Below are positions 1 through 8,828 of a stretch of DNA of 59,416 nucleotides, piece after piece. The stretch lies in the IMG/VR virus record IMGVR_UViG_3300036790_000129, positions 1 through 59,416 of that record. One strand, written 5' to 3'. Both the position numbers and the translations under genes were made by a program. Numbering within the stretch: the stretch's first letter is position 1; each line of letters starts with the position of its first letter. Below the pieces are notes generated by a model that was given only the letters and a program-made list of their open reading frames with translations, did no database searches and had not been told where the DNA came from. This DNA comes from a virus (taxonomy: Duplodnaviria > Caudoviricetes).

Positions 1-198
1 GAGGCAGGCTGATCGCGCAGGAGTTCGTGCGCAACGGAATGAATCTTCGTTCGGCCATCCATACCATCACGGGCGCCAATCCCAAGAGCAAGAGCAATGG
101 CATCATGCGATTGCTGGGTGACTCCACCGACACCTTTGTGGATGAGTTATCCAAGGTGGTCAACAAGTCTGATGTAGACCGTGAGCGCGCACTGGCAT
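1..198. repeat. Left copy of 198-bp terminal direct repeat (circularisation overlap)
   Basis: 1-198 matches 59219-59416 except C128 vs T59346. Confidence 0.95.
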
Positions 199-593
199 TG
201 CTGTGGGCCATGGTCAATACCTCCATTCTCGACTTCCTTGACGACAATGGTCATGTGCTGCCGATCAAGGAGTTGCGCAAGTTGCCACGTATCATGCAGA
301 TCATGCTCTCCAAGATCGACGTATCCACCAAGCAAGTGGTGGTGCGCGGTGAGGATAACAAGATCATGCGTGACGACAACGGTTCGCCTTATCTGGCTAC
401 CGAGCAACGGGTGCGCATCGAGGTGCCTGAGAAAATGCTGGCATTGGCACAGCTCGCGCAGATCATGCGCTGGGTCGGTCCTACTACGCTGGTCCAGAAC
501 AACATCAATATCGGCCGCCTGATGTCAGACGCAGATGCCCGGAGAGAACATGCGGAAATCATTTATAGCGAAGCCCGCACGATTAATCCTTGA
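1..593 (+). CDS. terS: Probable terminase small subunit, 3' part (gene starts at ATG 59092 and crosses the junction)
   Basis: In frame with ATG 59092 after circularisation; LDFLDDNGHVLPIKEL...KIDV...KMLALAQLAQIMRW resembles the TerS oligomerisation and 'K-xx-AL-xx-L' segments. Confidence 0.6.
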   Translation, partial: GRLIAQEFVRNGMNLRSAIHTITGANPKSKSNGIMRLLGDSTDTFVDELSKVVNKSDVDRERALALLWAMVNTSILDFLDDNGHVLPIKELRKLPRIMQIMLSKIDVSTKQVVVRGEDNKIMRDDNGSPYLATEQRVRIEVPEKMLALAQLAQIMRWVGPTTLVQNNINIGRLMSDADARREHAEIIYSEARTINP

Positions 594-607
594 TCCAGCC
601 TATGCCA

Positions 608-867
608 TGGCGCTGATCGCCAGTATCGAATCTCATTTCGGCATGACGATTCGCGGCATTTGCACGACCACATGTATTCCCTTGCGCAGGCTCTACAAGA
701 TCAATGAAGGACGTGGGAAACCGGTTAAGTACATGGAGCAGGTAGCTTTGGAACAGATGCTGCCAAGTGAAACAGTTGCAAAGTTGCATTGTAGGTATTA
801 TGCTACACCTGTCGAGACATTCTGGGACAAATTACTCACCCAAGGAGATACCCATGCGCGGCGTTAA
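608..867 (+). CDS. Small Cro-like HTH protein (start uncertain; ORF open from 535)
   Basis: [27 protein letters not shown] is HTH-like. Confidence 0.4.
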
Positions 868-1333
868 TCGAGTCATTATTCTTGGCAATCTGGGCGACAT
901 CCCTTCTACGCGCTACACAACATCTGGCACCGCTGTCACAGAAATCAGTGTTGCCACTTCGGAACAGTGGACCGACAAAAACTCAGGCGAGAAACAGGAA
1001 CGTACTGAGTGGCATCGTGTCGTGTTCTTTGGCCGACTGGCCGAGATCGCGGGCGAATACCTGTCCAAGGGCTCCAAGGTCTACGTCGAGGGCTCGCTCA
1101 CGACCGAGAAATACACCGACAAGCAGGGCATCGAGCGGTATACGACCAAGATCAAAGGTCAGGAGCTGCAGATGCTGGATGGCAAGGACAACAGCAAGGG
1201 TGATCGTGCCGAGCATCGTCCCGATACCTCCACGGCGGACGCGGCCAAGCAGCGTGCACGCGAAGCTGCTGGCACTACCGGGCGTTCCTCGATGGCTGAC
1301 GACAGCTTCGATGACCAATCTATACCATTTTAG
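854..1333 (+). CDS. ssb: Single-stranded DNA-binding protein
   Basis: [14 protein letters not shown]...[30 protein letters not shown]; acidic tail ending IPF; AAGGAG RBS upstream. Confidence 0.95.
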   Translation: MRGVNRVIILGNLGDIPSTRYTTSGTAVTEISVATSEQWTDKNSGEKQERTEWHRVVFFGRLAEIAGEYLSKGSKVYVEGSLTTEKYTDKQGIERYTTKIKGQELQMLDGKDNSKGDRAEHRPDTSTADAAKQRAREAAGTTGRSSMADDSFDDQSIPF

Positions 1334-1345
1334 TATAGATACTCA

Positions 1346-1374
1346 TTGACTGCCAGATGTTGCTGATATAGTCT
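1346..1374 (+). promoter_or_regulatory. Putative sigma70 promoter of the HNH gene
   Basis: TTGACT-17 nt-TAGTCT; ATG 1382 lies about 7 nt downstream, possibly leaderless. Confidence 0.35.
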
Positions 1375-1375
1375 G

Positions 1376-1786
1376 ATGCGCATGAAAAATTTCGTGTTAT
1401 CACGCTGCAAAATCGGCAATCCAGATGAGTGTTGGGAATGGCAAGGATGCCTAAACTCTTATGGCTACGGAGTATTTATCCGCAATAAGAAAACTATCTT
1501 TGCTCACCGTGTCATGGTAGATGCAGCGCCCGGAGAATGTGCCTTGCATCACTGCGACAACAGAAAATGTTGCAACCCAGCACATATATTCAAAGGTGAT
1601 CGTGCCGATAACATGCGCGACATGTACGCTAAAGGTCGTCGCGTCTATACGCATAAGCTGACAATGGCACAAGTGAAAATTATACGTAACCTCCGTGGAA
1701 AGGTCACAGGTAAAGAACTAGCTGCTACGTATCATGTATCAATTTCCTTAATTTCTATGATTCAACTAGGAAAGCATCGTGTATGA
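1376..1786 (+). CDS. HNH homing endonuclease with C-terminal HTH
   Basis: CWEWQG...GYG...AHR...LHHCDNRKCCNPAH...DNMRDM; AT-rich relative to flanks. Confidence 0.9.
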   Translation: MRMKNFVLSRCKIGNPDECWEWQGCLNSYGYGVFIRNKKTIFAHRVMVDAAPGECALHHCDNRKCCNPAHIFKGDRADNMRDMYAKGRRVYTHKLTMAQVKIIRNLRGKVTGKELAATYHVSISLISMIQLGKHRV

Positions 1787-2163
1787 ATGACATCACACAA
1801 ATCAACAAGCTTGACGTTATGGATACGGCAGTCGCTATGGGACTTCGTGATGACTTCTTGACGTGGATCGACGCCAACTGGGCGATCTGGGCTGAGTTCT
1901 GCAAGCTCGCTAAGTTAGTGCGTGAACGTGGGCGCCATCACTGGTCAGCAAGGGCCATCTTGCACGTGATGCGTTGGAATCAAGTTGTCCGAGACGCCAC
2001 AGATCCTCACTTCCGAATCAATAATGTCTGGTCCCCGAGCATGTCGCGTCTCTACAACCATCTGGCCGGCTTTGATTTCTTCCAAGAGCGCGAGCAGATC
2101 CGGTCGGCGGCGGGATATCCCATACTCAACAGTTCAGTTGAAGGAAGGATCAACATAGCGTAA
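1783..2163 (+). CDS. Conserved phage hypothetical protein
   Basis: ATGA overlap with upstream gene; RGRHHWSARAILHVMRW...FRINN motif. Confidence 0.75.
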   Translation: MNDITQINKLDVMDTAVAMGLRDDFLTWIDANWAIWAEFCKLAKLVRERGRHHWSARAILHVMRWNQVVRDATDPHFRINNVWSPSMSRLYNHLAGFDFFQEREQIRSAAGYPILNSSVEGRINIA

Positions 2164-2196
2164 AAATGAAACGCCCCCGGTGTTGAGCCGGGGGCG
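2161..2196 (-). terminator. Rho-independent terminator, minus strand
   Basis: CGCCCCCGG/CCGGGGGCG stem (2172-2196) followed on - strand by TTTCATTTTT. Confidence 0.7.
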
Positions 2197-2246
2197 AGTT
2201 GGTTCTGGCGAGGAACCGAGGGTTGAACACGGCTGAGGCGTTCACC
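2161..2246 (-). ncRNA. Candidate ~85-nt antisense small RNA
   Basis: - strand promoter TTGCAG-17-TAGCAT (2279-2251), two hairpins, then terminator. Confidence 0.45.
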
Positions 2247-2548
2247 CACTATGCTACACAAGATAGTGGGTATCTGCAACACCCAAACCACAACCCTTGG
2301 TAAATGCCCGAACCCGTCCTGCACAGGATTGGGTAACCGCTGGCTGTGCGTGATGAAAGTCTGGACCAGTGGGATAGCGGCTGAGACACCAGAGCGCCCC
2401 GTAGTCATCACAGGGCGTGCCGCGAACAAGGTGATGGCCGGCTAGTCGGCTCGCTCAAGCAAGCCCCTGTCGAGAGTTCCCTGTACTCACAGGGATGCTC
2501 TCGGCTGTCTCTCACTAAGCAAGTAATGCTTTTCCTCTTGAGGTGTCT

Positions 2549-2845
2549 ATGAAGATATTAACGGAAGCAGAAATTAACGCTGGGATGACACCCGGTGGAG
2601 GATTCACCCGTGAACAGCTGACTGAATGGGGAGTTCCATGGCCACCAAAAAAGGGCTGGCGTAAAAAGCTCACCGGTAAATCGAGCGACTCTAGTAAACA
2701 ACCTCCACCGGGCGCTGATCCGGATACATCACCTGACTGGAACCACACCTGTGACGTGTGCGGTCAGACACCCGTGGTTCCACTCACTGGCTTGTGCGGA
2801 CCATGCACTTTTGGCGAAGCGGACACGGCTGGAGGAAACTGGTGA
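2549..2845 (+). CDS. Hypothetical protein: GVPWPP motif domain plus Cys-rich Zn-binding tail
   Basis: GAGGT RBS; GGFTREQLTEWGVPWPPKKGW and CDVC...CGPC. Confidence 0.7.
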   Translation: MKILTEAEINAGMTPGGGFTREQLTEWGVPWPPKKGWRKKLTGKSSDSSKQPPPGADPDTSPDWNHTCDVCGQTPVVPLTGLCGPCTFGEADTAGGNW

Positions 2846-3159
2846 TGCTTGGCATACCGCGCTTTGACGACAAGATCATGCCGATTCCAGAGTGTGGGTG
2901 CTGGATCTGGATGGGCGCTGTGGCCAGGGATGGTTACGGATCCATCATCGAATGCGGTGTGGGAGTGGGTGCCCATTGTTTCGCGTGGCGCAAGTTCTAC
3001 AAGAAACCATTACCCAAGGGCAAGAAACTGATGCACAGTTGCGACACACCGTTGTGCTGCAATCCCCATCACCTAAAACCCGGCACACACTCACGCAACA
3101 TGCGTGACATGGTGAAGCGCGGACGTGGAAAGAATCAATTTAGGAGAAAATCATCATGA
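2845..3159 (+). CDS. HNH endonuclease
   Basis: GCWIWMGA...GYG...AH...HSCDTPLCCNPHHL...NMRDM. Confidence 0.85.
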   Translation: MLGIPRFDDKIMPIPECGCWIWMGAVARDGYGSIIECGVGVGAHCFAWRKFYKKPLPKGKKLMHSCDTPLCCNPHHLKPGTHSRNMRDMVKRGRGKNQFRRKSS

Positions 3160-3377
3160 AACATCGCCCATTGAATTATGTAAATCCAGTGACACAAGAA
3201 AGAAGGGAAATCTTTACCAAGCATCTTGGTCAGGATGAGTGCAGACTGCAATTTAAGTTGTGGGCTGATGGAACACGATTGAATGTGTCCGGTTTTTGGC
3301 TCGATAGTGATCCAATATATCGTCCTGCTATTTGTGCTTGGGAGGCTTGGAAAGCCGCATGGGAATTACGCAAATGA
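3156..3377 (+). CDS. Hypothetical protein
   Basis: GGAG RBS; overlaps both neighbours; AWEAWKAA motif. Confidence 0.65.
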   Translation: MKHRPLNYVNPVTQERREIFTKHLGQDECRLQFKLWADGTRLNVSGFWLDSDPIYRPAICAWEAWKAAWELRK

Positions 3378-4900
3378 TCCAGCTCCACGATTTCCAGTTG
3401 CGATGCGCACGTGATGTATGGCGCAAGCTGATTATCGAGGATGCGCCGAGCTGCCTGTTGCAGGCGCCCACTGGCTCTGGCAAGACAGTTATGGGCAGTT
3501 TCTTTCTTAACCAGACCATCCAGCACAAGCAGTTCGATGCCGCCGTGTTCGCGCATCGTCGCGAGATCGTCAAACAGACCGCGAACAAACTGAGTCAGTC
3601 GGGCATCTGGCCGGGCATCATCATGGCAGGAGACGTACTGTCGCCATCGCGCAACGTACAAGTCAGCAGCATTGATAGTTACTCCGCATGGGTGAAGTCA
3701 GGCAAGATCCGTGAGCTGCGCCCGAGACTGGTTTGGGTGGACGAAGTCCACCGTGCTATGTCGCCGACTTACTTACGCACCATCAATGCCATGATGGAGA
3801 CAGGGACCAAGCTGTTCGGCACAACAGCCACACCGATCCGATCCGATGGATGTGGACTGGGTGAGTTATTCAAGACCATGGTGTGCGCACCGGGTCCAGC
3901 CGAACTTATCCAGCGTGGGTTTCTGTGCCCCATCCAGTATTACGTGGGCATCGTGCCGGACGTGAAGGGCGTCAAGCTGACAGCAGGCGATTACGATGCG
4001 TTCGAGCTGCAGCAAGTATGCAACCAGAAAATGCTGATCGGCAGCATCATGGATAACTGGATGCGTCTATCGAAAGACCGTCCTACCTTGTGCTTTGCCA
4101 GTGGCGTAGAGCATTCCATGTCGATCGTGGAGCAATTCAAGGCTGTCGGTATCCGGGCGGCGCATATCGACGGCGAGACGAATGTGAAGCAACGCGATGA
4201 AGTCTATGTGGGCTTGCTCACTGGCCACTATCAAGTAGTCAGCAATGCCAACGTCTACGTCGAGGGCTCAGACTTTCCGTTTGTCAGCTGCGTGATCGAC
4301 GCACAGCCCACGAAATCAGTTGGGCGCTATCTGCAGAAGGGTGGCCGAGGAATGCGCACCTTTGAAGGCAAGCAAGACCTGCATTACCACGATCACGCCG
4401 GCAACGTGCACACCCATGGCAAGCTGGAAATGAAGCGCGAATGGGAACTATGCCTCGGCAAGGAACAAGTCGAGAAGTTTCAGAAAGAACGCAATCAGCA
4501 ACAGGCACAACGGATCTGTCCGGATTGCAGCACGCTCTACCACGGCATGATCTGTCCGCACTGTGGTTATGAGTATGTGCGCACTGGCAAGGAGATTGAC
4601 TACCTGCCGGCGGATCTGTCAGCCATGACGGTCGAGAAAACCGAAAAGATCCAGATGGTTCCTTCACCAGCCGAAAAGCAACGATGGTTTCAAGAGGCTT
4701 TGGGTTATGCCGCCGAGCGCAACAAAAAACCCGGCTGGGCAGCACACTGCTACGAATCGAAGTACAAGGAGGGGATGCCACCTATGGAATGGATGCGCTT
4801 ACCCATCCGTAAACCTACGGCTGACGTGACCAAGTACATGAAAAACCAGTTGTCACGTAATGCCATCATCATCGCGGCACGGAAACGCAAGACCGCTTGA
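3374..4900 (+). CDS. Superfamily 2 DEAD/DEAH-box helicase with C-terminal Zn ribbon
   Basis: APTGSGKT, DEVH, TATP, YLQKGGRGMR, CPDC...CPHCG. Confidence 0.93.
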   Translation: MIQLHDFQLRCARDVWRKLIIEDAPSCLLQAPTGSGKTVMGSFFLNQTIQHKQFDAAVFAHRREIVKQTANKLSQSGIWPGIIMAGDVLSPSRNVQVSSIDSYSAWVKSGKIRELRPRLVWVDEVHRAMSPTYLRTINAMMETGTKLFGTTATPIRSDGCGLGELFKTMVCAPGPAELIQRGFLCPIQYYVGIVPDVKGVKLTAGDYDAFELQQVCNQKMLIGSIMDNWMRLSKDRPTLCFASGVEHSMSIVEQFKAVGIRAAHIDGETNVKQRDEVYVGLLTGHYQVVSNANVYVEGSDFPFVSCVIDAQPTKSVGRYLQKGGRGMRTFEGKQDLHYHDHAGNVHTHGKLEMKREWELCLGKEQVEKFQKERNQQQAQRICPDCSTLYHGMICPHCGYEYVRTGKEIDYLPADLSAMTVEKTEKIQMVPSPAEKQRWFQEALGYAAERNKKPGWAAHCYESKYKEGMPPMEWMRLPIRKPTADVTKYMKNQLSRNAIIIAARKRKTA

Positions 4901-4941
4901 AACAGTTTCTTGTATGTGTTACCATATGCTACACATAGAAA
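4897..4941 (+). promoter_or_regulatory. Putative sigma70 promoter with -10 inside an inverted repeat
   Basis: TTGAAA-17-TACCAT with extended TG; TATGTGT...ACACATA arms. Confidence 0.55.
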
Positions 4942-4944
4942 GGA

Positions 4945-6129
4945 GTGGCATACATGAAGTACACAGCTGATGAAGTGCGGTTGCTGGTGCTTAGTATTGA
5001 AGGCCGAGCCATCAACGTATCGGAACGCGTCGAGTTGTTCGCCATTGCTCGCGCCTACGCCGACCGCCTCGAAGCGGACGAGCGGGTGGTGACGGATGGG
5101 CGATTGTCCAATGAAATCCGCAATTTCATTGAGGGCATGAGCGTATCGGTGGACGTTAGCACAAGCGATACTGACGCCGGCCGTCGCTATTTCGGAACGG
5201 TGACCGAAGTGATGGACTGCGCTGACGACAAGCACGGCGTTACGTTGCTGGTGCAGGATGCGGAGCCGAACTTCAAGGCGGAAAAGCCTGTTCCCATTTT
5301 AGCTATCGAAGCTCTACGCGATGTCGATCATGTGATTACCCAGTGGCGGGAAAGTGGTCGGGAGCCGGCATACGGACAATGGCTGAATCTTCAAGACCTC
5401 ATTCAAGCGGCACTAGCCGTCTGGCCGACCCCGCCAGTGCAGGTGACGCAGGTGGATGCATCCGAGAAAGCATGCGAATGGTTCATGCGCGAGTTCACCG
5501 ATTTGAATCCAGCAACAGCGTGTCTCGTGTGGAATTTCGCACTAGCCCTTGGCAATAAGTTGGCTGATGCCGAAAAGAAATACGGATACACAGATGGATG
5601 GCGTCGATCTGATTGGATGGATGAGTGCCGGACGAAACTAATGGAGCATGTTCGGAAGGGCGATCCTCGGGACGTTGCTGCGTACTGTGCTTTCTTGTGG
5701 TATCAGGGCGCTTCGACGGCACTCACTGCCGAGCCAGTAGCGCAGGGTGAGGCGTCAACTGCCACCGATCTTGTTGACGAGGGGCTGACCTATTTTGCGA
5801 AGGCTGGTGATGCTGGCGACAAGGAATATGTACGAGCTATTCGCGCGCACATTGAACGACTCACACACCTAGCCGCCCATCCTCGCGTGCCTGATGAACC
5901 GTTCTATGCTGGCGATCTGTTCTGGCCTGATGACGATGGCGAGATGTGCGCTAACGATATGTGCCAACTTGTGCAGGACATGGCGGATAACGGCATGATC
6001 GAATCGGGCGCTACGATTCGCATCCGCCGAGCAAAGTCACTTCCTTTCTCGGACGTTGTAGTGACGATCGAAGAGGACGGAACTGCCAATTATGTAGCCG
6101 CCCCGCAGCCCGACGCGGCGAAGGAGTGA
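4945..6129 (+). CDS. Mosaic Ead/Ea22-like accessory protein
   Basis: Modules VSVDVST...YFGTVTEV...LLVQDAEPN and AEKKYGYTDGW...KGDPRDVAAYCAFLW typical of phage accessory regions. Confidence 0.65.
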   Translation: MAYMKYTADEVRLLVLSIEGRAINVSERVELFAIARAYADRLEADERVVTDGRLSNEIRNFIEGMSVSVDVSTSDTDAGRRYFGTVTEVMDCADDKHGVTLLVQDAEPNFKAEKPVPILAIEALRDVDHVITQWRESGREPAYGQWLNLQDLIQAALAVWPTPPVQVTQVDASEKACEWFMREFTDLNPATACLVWNFALALGNKLADAEKKYGYTDGWRRSDWMDECRTKLMEHVRKGDPRDVAAYCAFLWYQGASTALTAEPVAQGEASTATDLVDEGLTYFAKAGDAGDKEYVRAIRAHIERLTHLAAHPRVPDEPFYAGDLFWPDDDGEMCANDMCQLVQDMADNGMIESGATIRIRRAKSLPFSDVVVTIEEDGTANYVAAPQPDAAKE

Positions 6130-6133
6130 TGGG

Positions 6134-6319
6134 ATGAGGAAGGCACATGTTGGAAATTGCGGATTGGCGATGTGTATGCCTGGAAAGGGTAAATTGTTTA
6201 CCGTCAGCATCGACACTTTCATGAAGATGGCCGATTGGCAACGATGTAGAAAATGCGCTAACAAAGAGGCTGTAAAAGTCGCGATTAGTAAAGTCGTATC
6301 AAAGGACTCGCAGCCATGA
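6134..6319 (+). CDS. Small Cys-containing hypothetical protein
   Basis: AAGGAG RBS; CRKC motif; bounded by junction repeats. Confidence 0.55.
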   Translation: MRKAHVGNCGLAMCMPGKGKLFTVSIDTFMKMADWQRCRKCANKEAVKVAISKVVSKDSQP

Positions 6320-6338
6320 CCAACGAAGGAGTAATGGG

Positions 6339-6788
6339 ATGAGCCTTTCGCATAACAAGACACCATGGAATCCAAGCCGGAAAGCCACGGCTCGCGTGCG
6401 TGATCCTCAACCTGTGCCGGTGCAATGCATCTATTGCCTTGATGTAGTCGAGATTCGCCACCACGACAAGGTGTACGGGAAGGCTTACGGCGAGTGGCCT
6501 TGGATGTATGTCTGCGTCGGCTGCGGTGCCCGCGTAGGCATGCATCCGTTCACGGCCATTCCGCTTGGCACGCTGGCTGATGAGGCGACGCGCGAAGCTC
6601 GAAAGGTCTGCAAGCCAGCATTCGAACACTTGTGGTTAGACGCCGGATTCGAACGCAGCGGCGCCTATGTGTGGCTCGCTGACAAGTTGGTTCTGACGGC
6701 CGAGCAATGTCATTTCGGGCTATTCGATATCGAGACTTGTCGCCGCGCAAAGCTGGCATGCGATGGCTATGGGAAAGCGCAGCCATGA
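6339..6788 (+). CDS. Zinc-finger protein (DUF3268/zf-TFIIB-like)
   Basis: CIYC...CVGCGARVGMHP...PLGTLAD...AYVWLA...CHFGLFD. Confidence 0.85.
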   Translation: MSLSHNKTPWNPSRKATARVRDPQPVPVQCIYCLDVVEIRHHDKVYGKAYGEWPWMYVCVGCGARVGMHPFTAIPLGTLADEATREARKVCKPAFEHLWLDAGFERSGAYVWLADKLVLTAEQCHFGLFDIETCRRAKLACDGYGKAQP

Positions 6789-7132
6789 CCAATGATATGA
6801 AGAATGTGCCGGGTGTTATGCGTTGTGCAAAATGCAAATTTCAGATAGTGCGGACGAATCTTTACATTAAACAAGGCACAACAGGACAGGGTGATTCCAA
6901 GATAGAACTATGTCCAAATGGTTGTGGACCACTATGGCCAGTGACGTGGAAGGAATGGGCGCAAGAGCATTCGAATATTTCCGACCGATCAAAGCAGAAC
7001 ACTGAGGTTGCGCTGCGGCTCATGGCGTTGGAGCAGGCGATGGAGGAATATATGGTCGGACCCATAGCCTATTTGCGTGCACGAGCCAGCGAACTCCTGC
7101 GTGAGTGGGCTGAGGAGAAGAGCGATGAGTGA
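6785..7132 (+). CDS. Zn-ribbon hypothetical protein
   Basis: VPGVMRCAKCKF...CPNGCGPLWPVTW; ATGA overlap. Confidence 0.7.
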   Translation: MTNDMKNVPGVMRCAKCKFQIVRTNLYIKQGTTGQGDSKIELCPNGCGPLWPVTWKEWAQEHSNISDRSKQNTEVALRLMALEQAMEEYMVGPIAYLRARASELLREWAEEKSDE

Positions 7133-7424
7133 GGAACTTTTGCCGTGCCCGTTTTGCGGAATGTCACCAGAGATTGTCTCGCGCCCCGTAAGTTACGGGC
7201 GTGAATTCTGGTATGTCTATCACCCAGAACATCCGCGTGGCGAATGCATCCTGTCGGATGAAAAATTTAGTTCAAAGCATGGATGGAATACCCGCACCAA
7301 CGCCGGGGATTGGGAGGAGGTGCGTGAGGTGATTGTCCAATTACAGGGTCAATTCACTGGATTATCGTCATTGGATTATTGGGCCGACATGCTCACTGCC
7401 GCGTTACCGGAGAATCAGAAGTGA
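7125..7424 (+). CDS. Lar-like (restriction alleviation family) Zn-finger protein
   Basis: MSEELLPCPFCG...WNTR. Confidence 0.65.
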   Translation: MSEELLPCPFCGMSPEIVSRPVSYGREFWYVYHPEHPRGECILSDEKFSSKHGWNTRTNAGDWEEVREVIVQLQGQFTGLSSLDYWADMLTAALPENQK

Positions 7425-7597
7425 CTTACATCGACCCTCCTGAAAAACAATTCACAGCCGGTGAAAGGCGTGCCGTCATAGCGGGACGCAAGGGTGCGCG
7501 TAAATCTCCATGGGGACGTGGGCCCATGGCCTGCACACAACGTGCAGCCAAGACATTCTCACAAATGCACGCCAAGCCCAAGAAATCCGGCAAGTGA
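7421..7597 (+). CDS. Small basic hypothetical protein
   Basis: GTGA overlaps with both neighbours. Confidence 0.45.
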   Translation: MTYIDPPEKQFTAGERRAVIAGRKGARKSPWGRGPMACTQRAAKTFSQMHAKPKKSGK

Positions 7598-8793
7598 ATG
7601 ATCCTCATGTCGGACTGAGTGGCCTTTGGCCAAGCATCCTTGTCGGTGAAGGTATCGACGCGGATCTGCTGGACGGCAAGCAGCATCCTTGTCCGATCTG
7701 CGGCGGCAAAGATCGCTTCAAGTTCGACGACAAAGGTATGGGACTTTGGTACTGCAACCACTGTGGTGCGGGTGATGGCTTTGGTCTGCTGATGAGCAAG
7801 TTCGGTTTGACATTCGTGCAAGCCAAGGAGGTGTGCACGAAGTATGGCAGTCTGTCGGGCGATTCGCGTCATGCACGGGCGCCGATGTCAGACGCCACGA
7901 AACGCGAGCTGATGAATAAGACATGGACTCATGCGGCGCCCGAGGCATTGCCCTTGCGCGAATACCTGTCATCCCGAGGCATCATGGAAGTGCTTCAGTT
8001 CAATCCGCCGCTGCGCTGGCATCCGGATCTGCTGTGTACGAACGGCGGCCACCGCAGCCCGGCAATCCTCATCAAGTATTACCGTTGGGGCATCGACGGC
8101 AAGCCCGAGCCAGCCACACTGCAACGGCACTGGCCCAACCTTGGCACGAAGATGCTAATGCCGGCACCGATCAAGCTGGATGGCATTTTCTGTCCCTTGG
8201 GCGGCAAGCCAAAACATGGCCATCTTGGCGTGTGTGAGGGCTACATCACGGCACTGTCGTGCATGGCTCTCCAGCCTGTGCCGGGCATGATGCCAGTGTG
8301 GTCATGCCTATCTGCCGAGCAGCTGATGAAATTCATGCCGCCGCCGGATGTGAAGATGCTTTATATCTACATCGACGTGGACAAGAGTTACACCGGGCAA
8401 GCTGCTGGCTATGCCTTGGCCAAACGCCTGCGCACGATTCGTCCGGATCTTGAAACAGTGGTGTGCTACCCCACTCATGTTCAGAACGTGGATTATGACT
8501 TCAACGATCTCTTAAAGGGTGTGCCATGCCACCGATCTTCAAGCGAAAGAGTTGTCGATGCCGATGCAGCAACCGGTATTGCCAGTCCCGAATCACCCTC
8601 CCAAAACATCCCGATGATTATCGGCGCGTCAAACTCTGCCATCAATGCAATAAGGGACACTATCGACTCGATCCCTTTCGATCGGATGGACGCGAGCACG
8701 CCGGAAAAACCTGTAGATGCAGCAACTACTCCTTTCCTCATCGGAGAGGTTCACTTTACTGCGCATACAACCCTCGACTTACCGCAGCCATGA
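7594..8793 (+). CDS. DNA primase (P4-alpha-type Zn-binding domain plus TOPRIM)
   Basis: HPCPICGGKDRFKFDD...WYCNHCGAGDGFGL; VCEGYITALS; DVD...TGQAAGYALAKRL; DFNDLL. Confidence 0.88.
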   Translation: MNDPHVGLSGLWPSILVGEGIDADLLDGKQHPCPICGGKDRFKFDDKGMGLWYCNHCGAGDGFGLLMSKFGLTFVQAKEVCTKYGSLSGDSRHARAPMSDATKRELMNKTWTHAAPEALPLREYLSSRGIMEVLQFNPPLRWHPDLLCTNGGHRSPAILIKYYRWGIDGKPEPATLQRHWPNLGTKMLMPAPIKLDGIFCPLGGKPKHGHLGVCEGYITALSCMALQPVPGMMPVWSCLSAEQLMKFMPPPDVKMLYIYIDVDKSYTGQAAGYALAKRLRTIRPDLETVVCYPTHVQNVDYDFNDLLKGVPCHRSSSERVVDADAATGIASPESPSQNIPMIIGASNSAINAIRDTIDSIPFDRMDASTPEKPVDAATTPFLIGEVHFTAHTTLDLPQP

Positions 8794-8828
8794 TGGAGGA
8801 ACGTTACGAATCGAGGGCGTTTGCGTGA
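8526..8828 (+). CDS. Cys-rich hypothetical protein overlapping the primase 3' end
   Basis: CRCSNYSFPHRRGSLYC motif; starts just after the primase DFNDLL motif. Confidence 0.65.
   Translation: MPPIFKRKSCRCRCSNRYCQSRITLPKHPDDYRRVKLCHQCNKGHYRLDPFRSDGREHAGKTCRCSNYSFPHRRGSLYCAYNPRLTAAMMEERYESRAFA

Larger units (their letters stand above)
6104..6795 (+). repeat. Three copies of a gene-junction motif
   Basis: 6104-6138 and 6309-6343 share CGCAGCC-N10-AAGGAGT(G/A)ATGGGATGAG; 6309-6326 and 6778-6795 share CGCAGCCATGACCAA(C/T)GA. Confidence 0.8.

Noticed and set aside
1199-1608. GGTGATCGTGCCGA present in both ssb and the HNH gene
   Set aside because: Both copies encode GDRA inside coding regions, not at element boundaries; likely chance
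8783-8793. CGCAGCCATGA at the primase stop, resembling the cassette junction motif
   Set aside because: Only 11 nt, lies inside the overlapping gene, and has no flanking similarity
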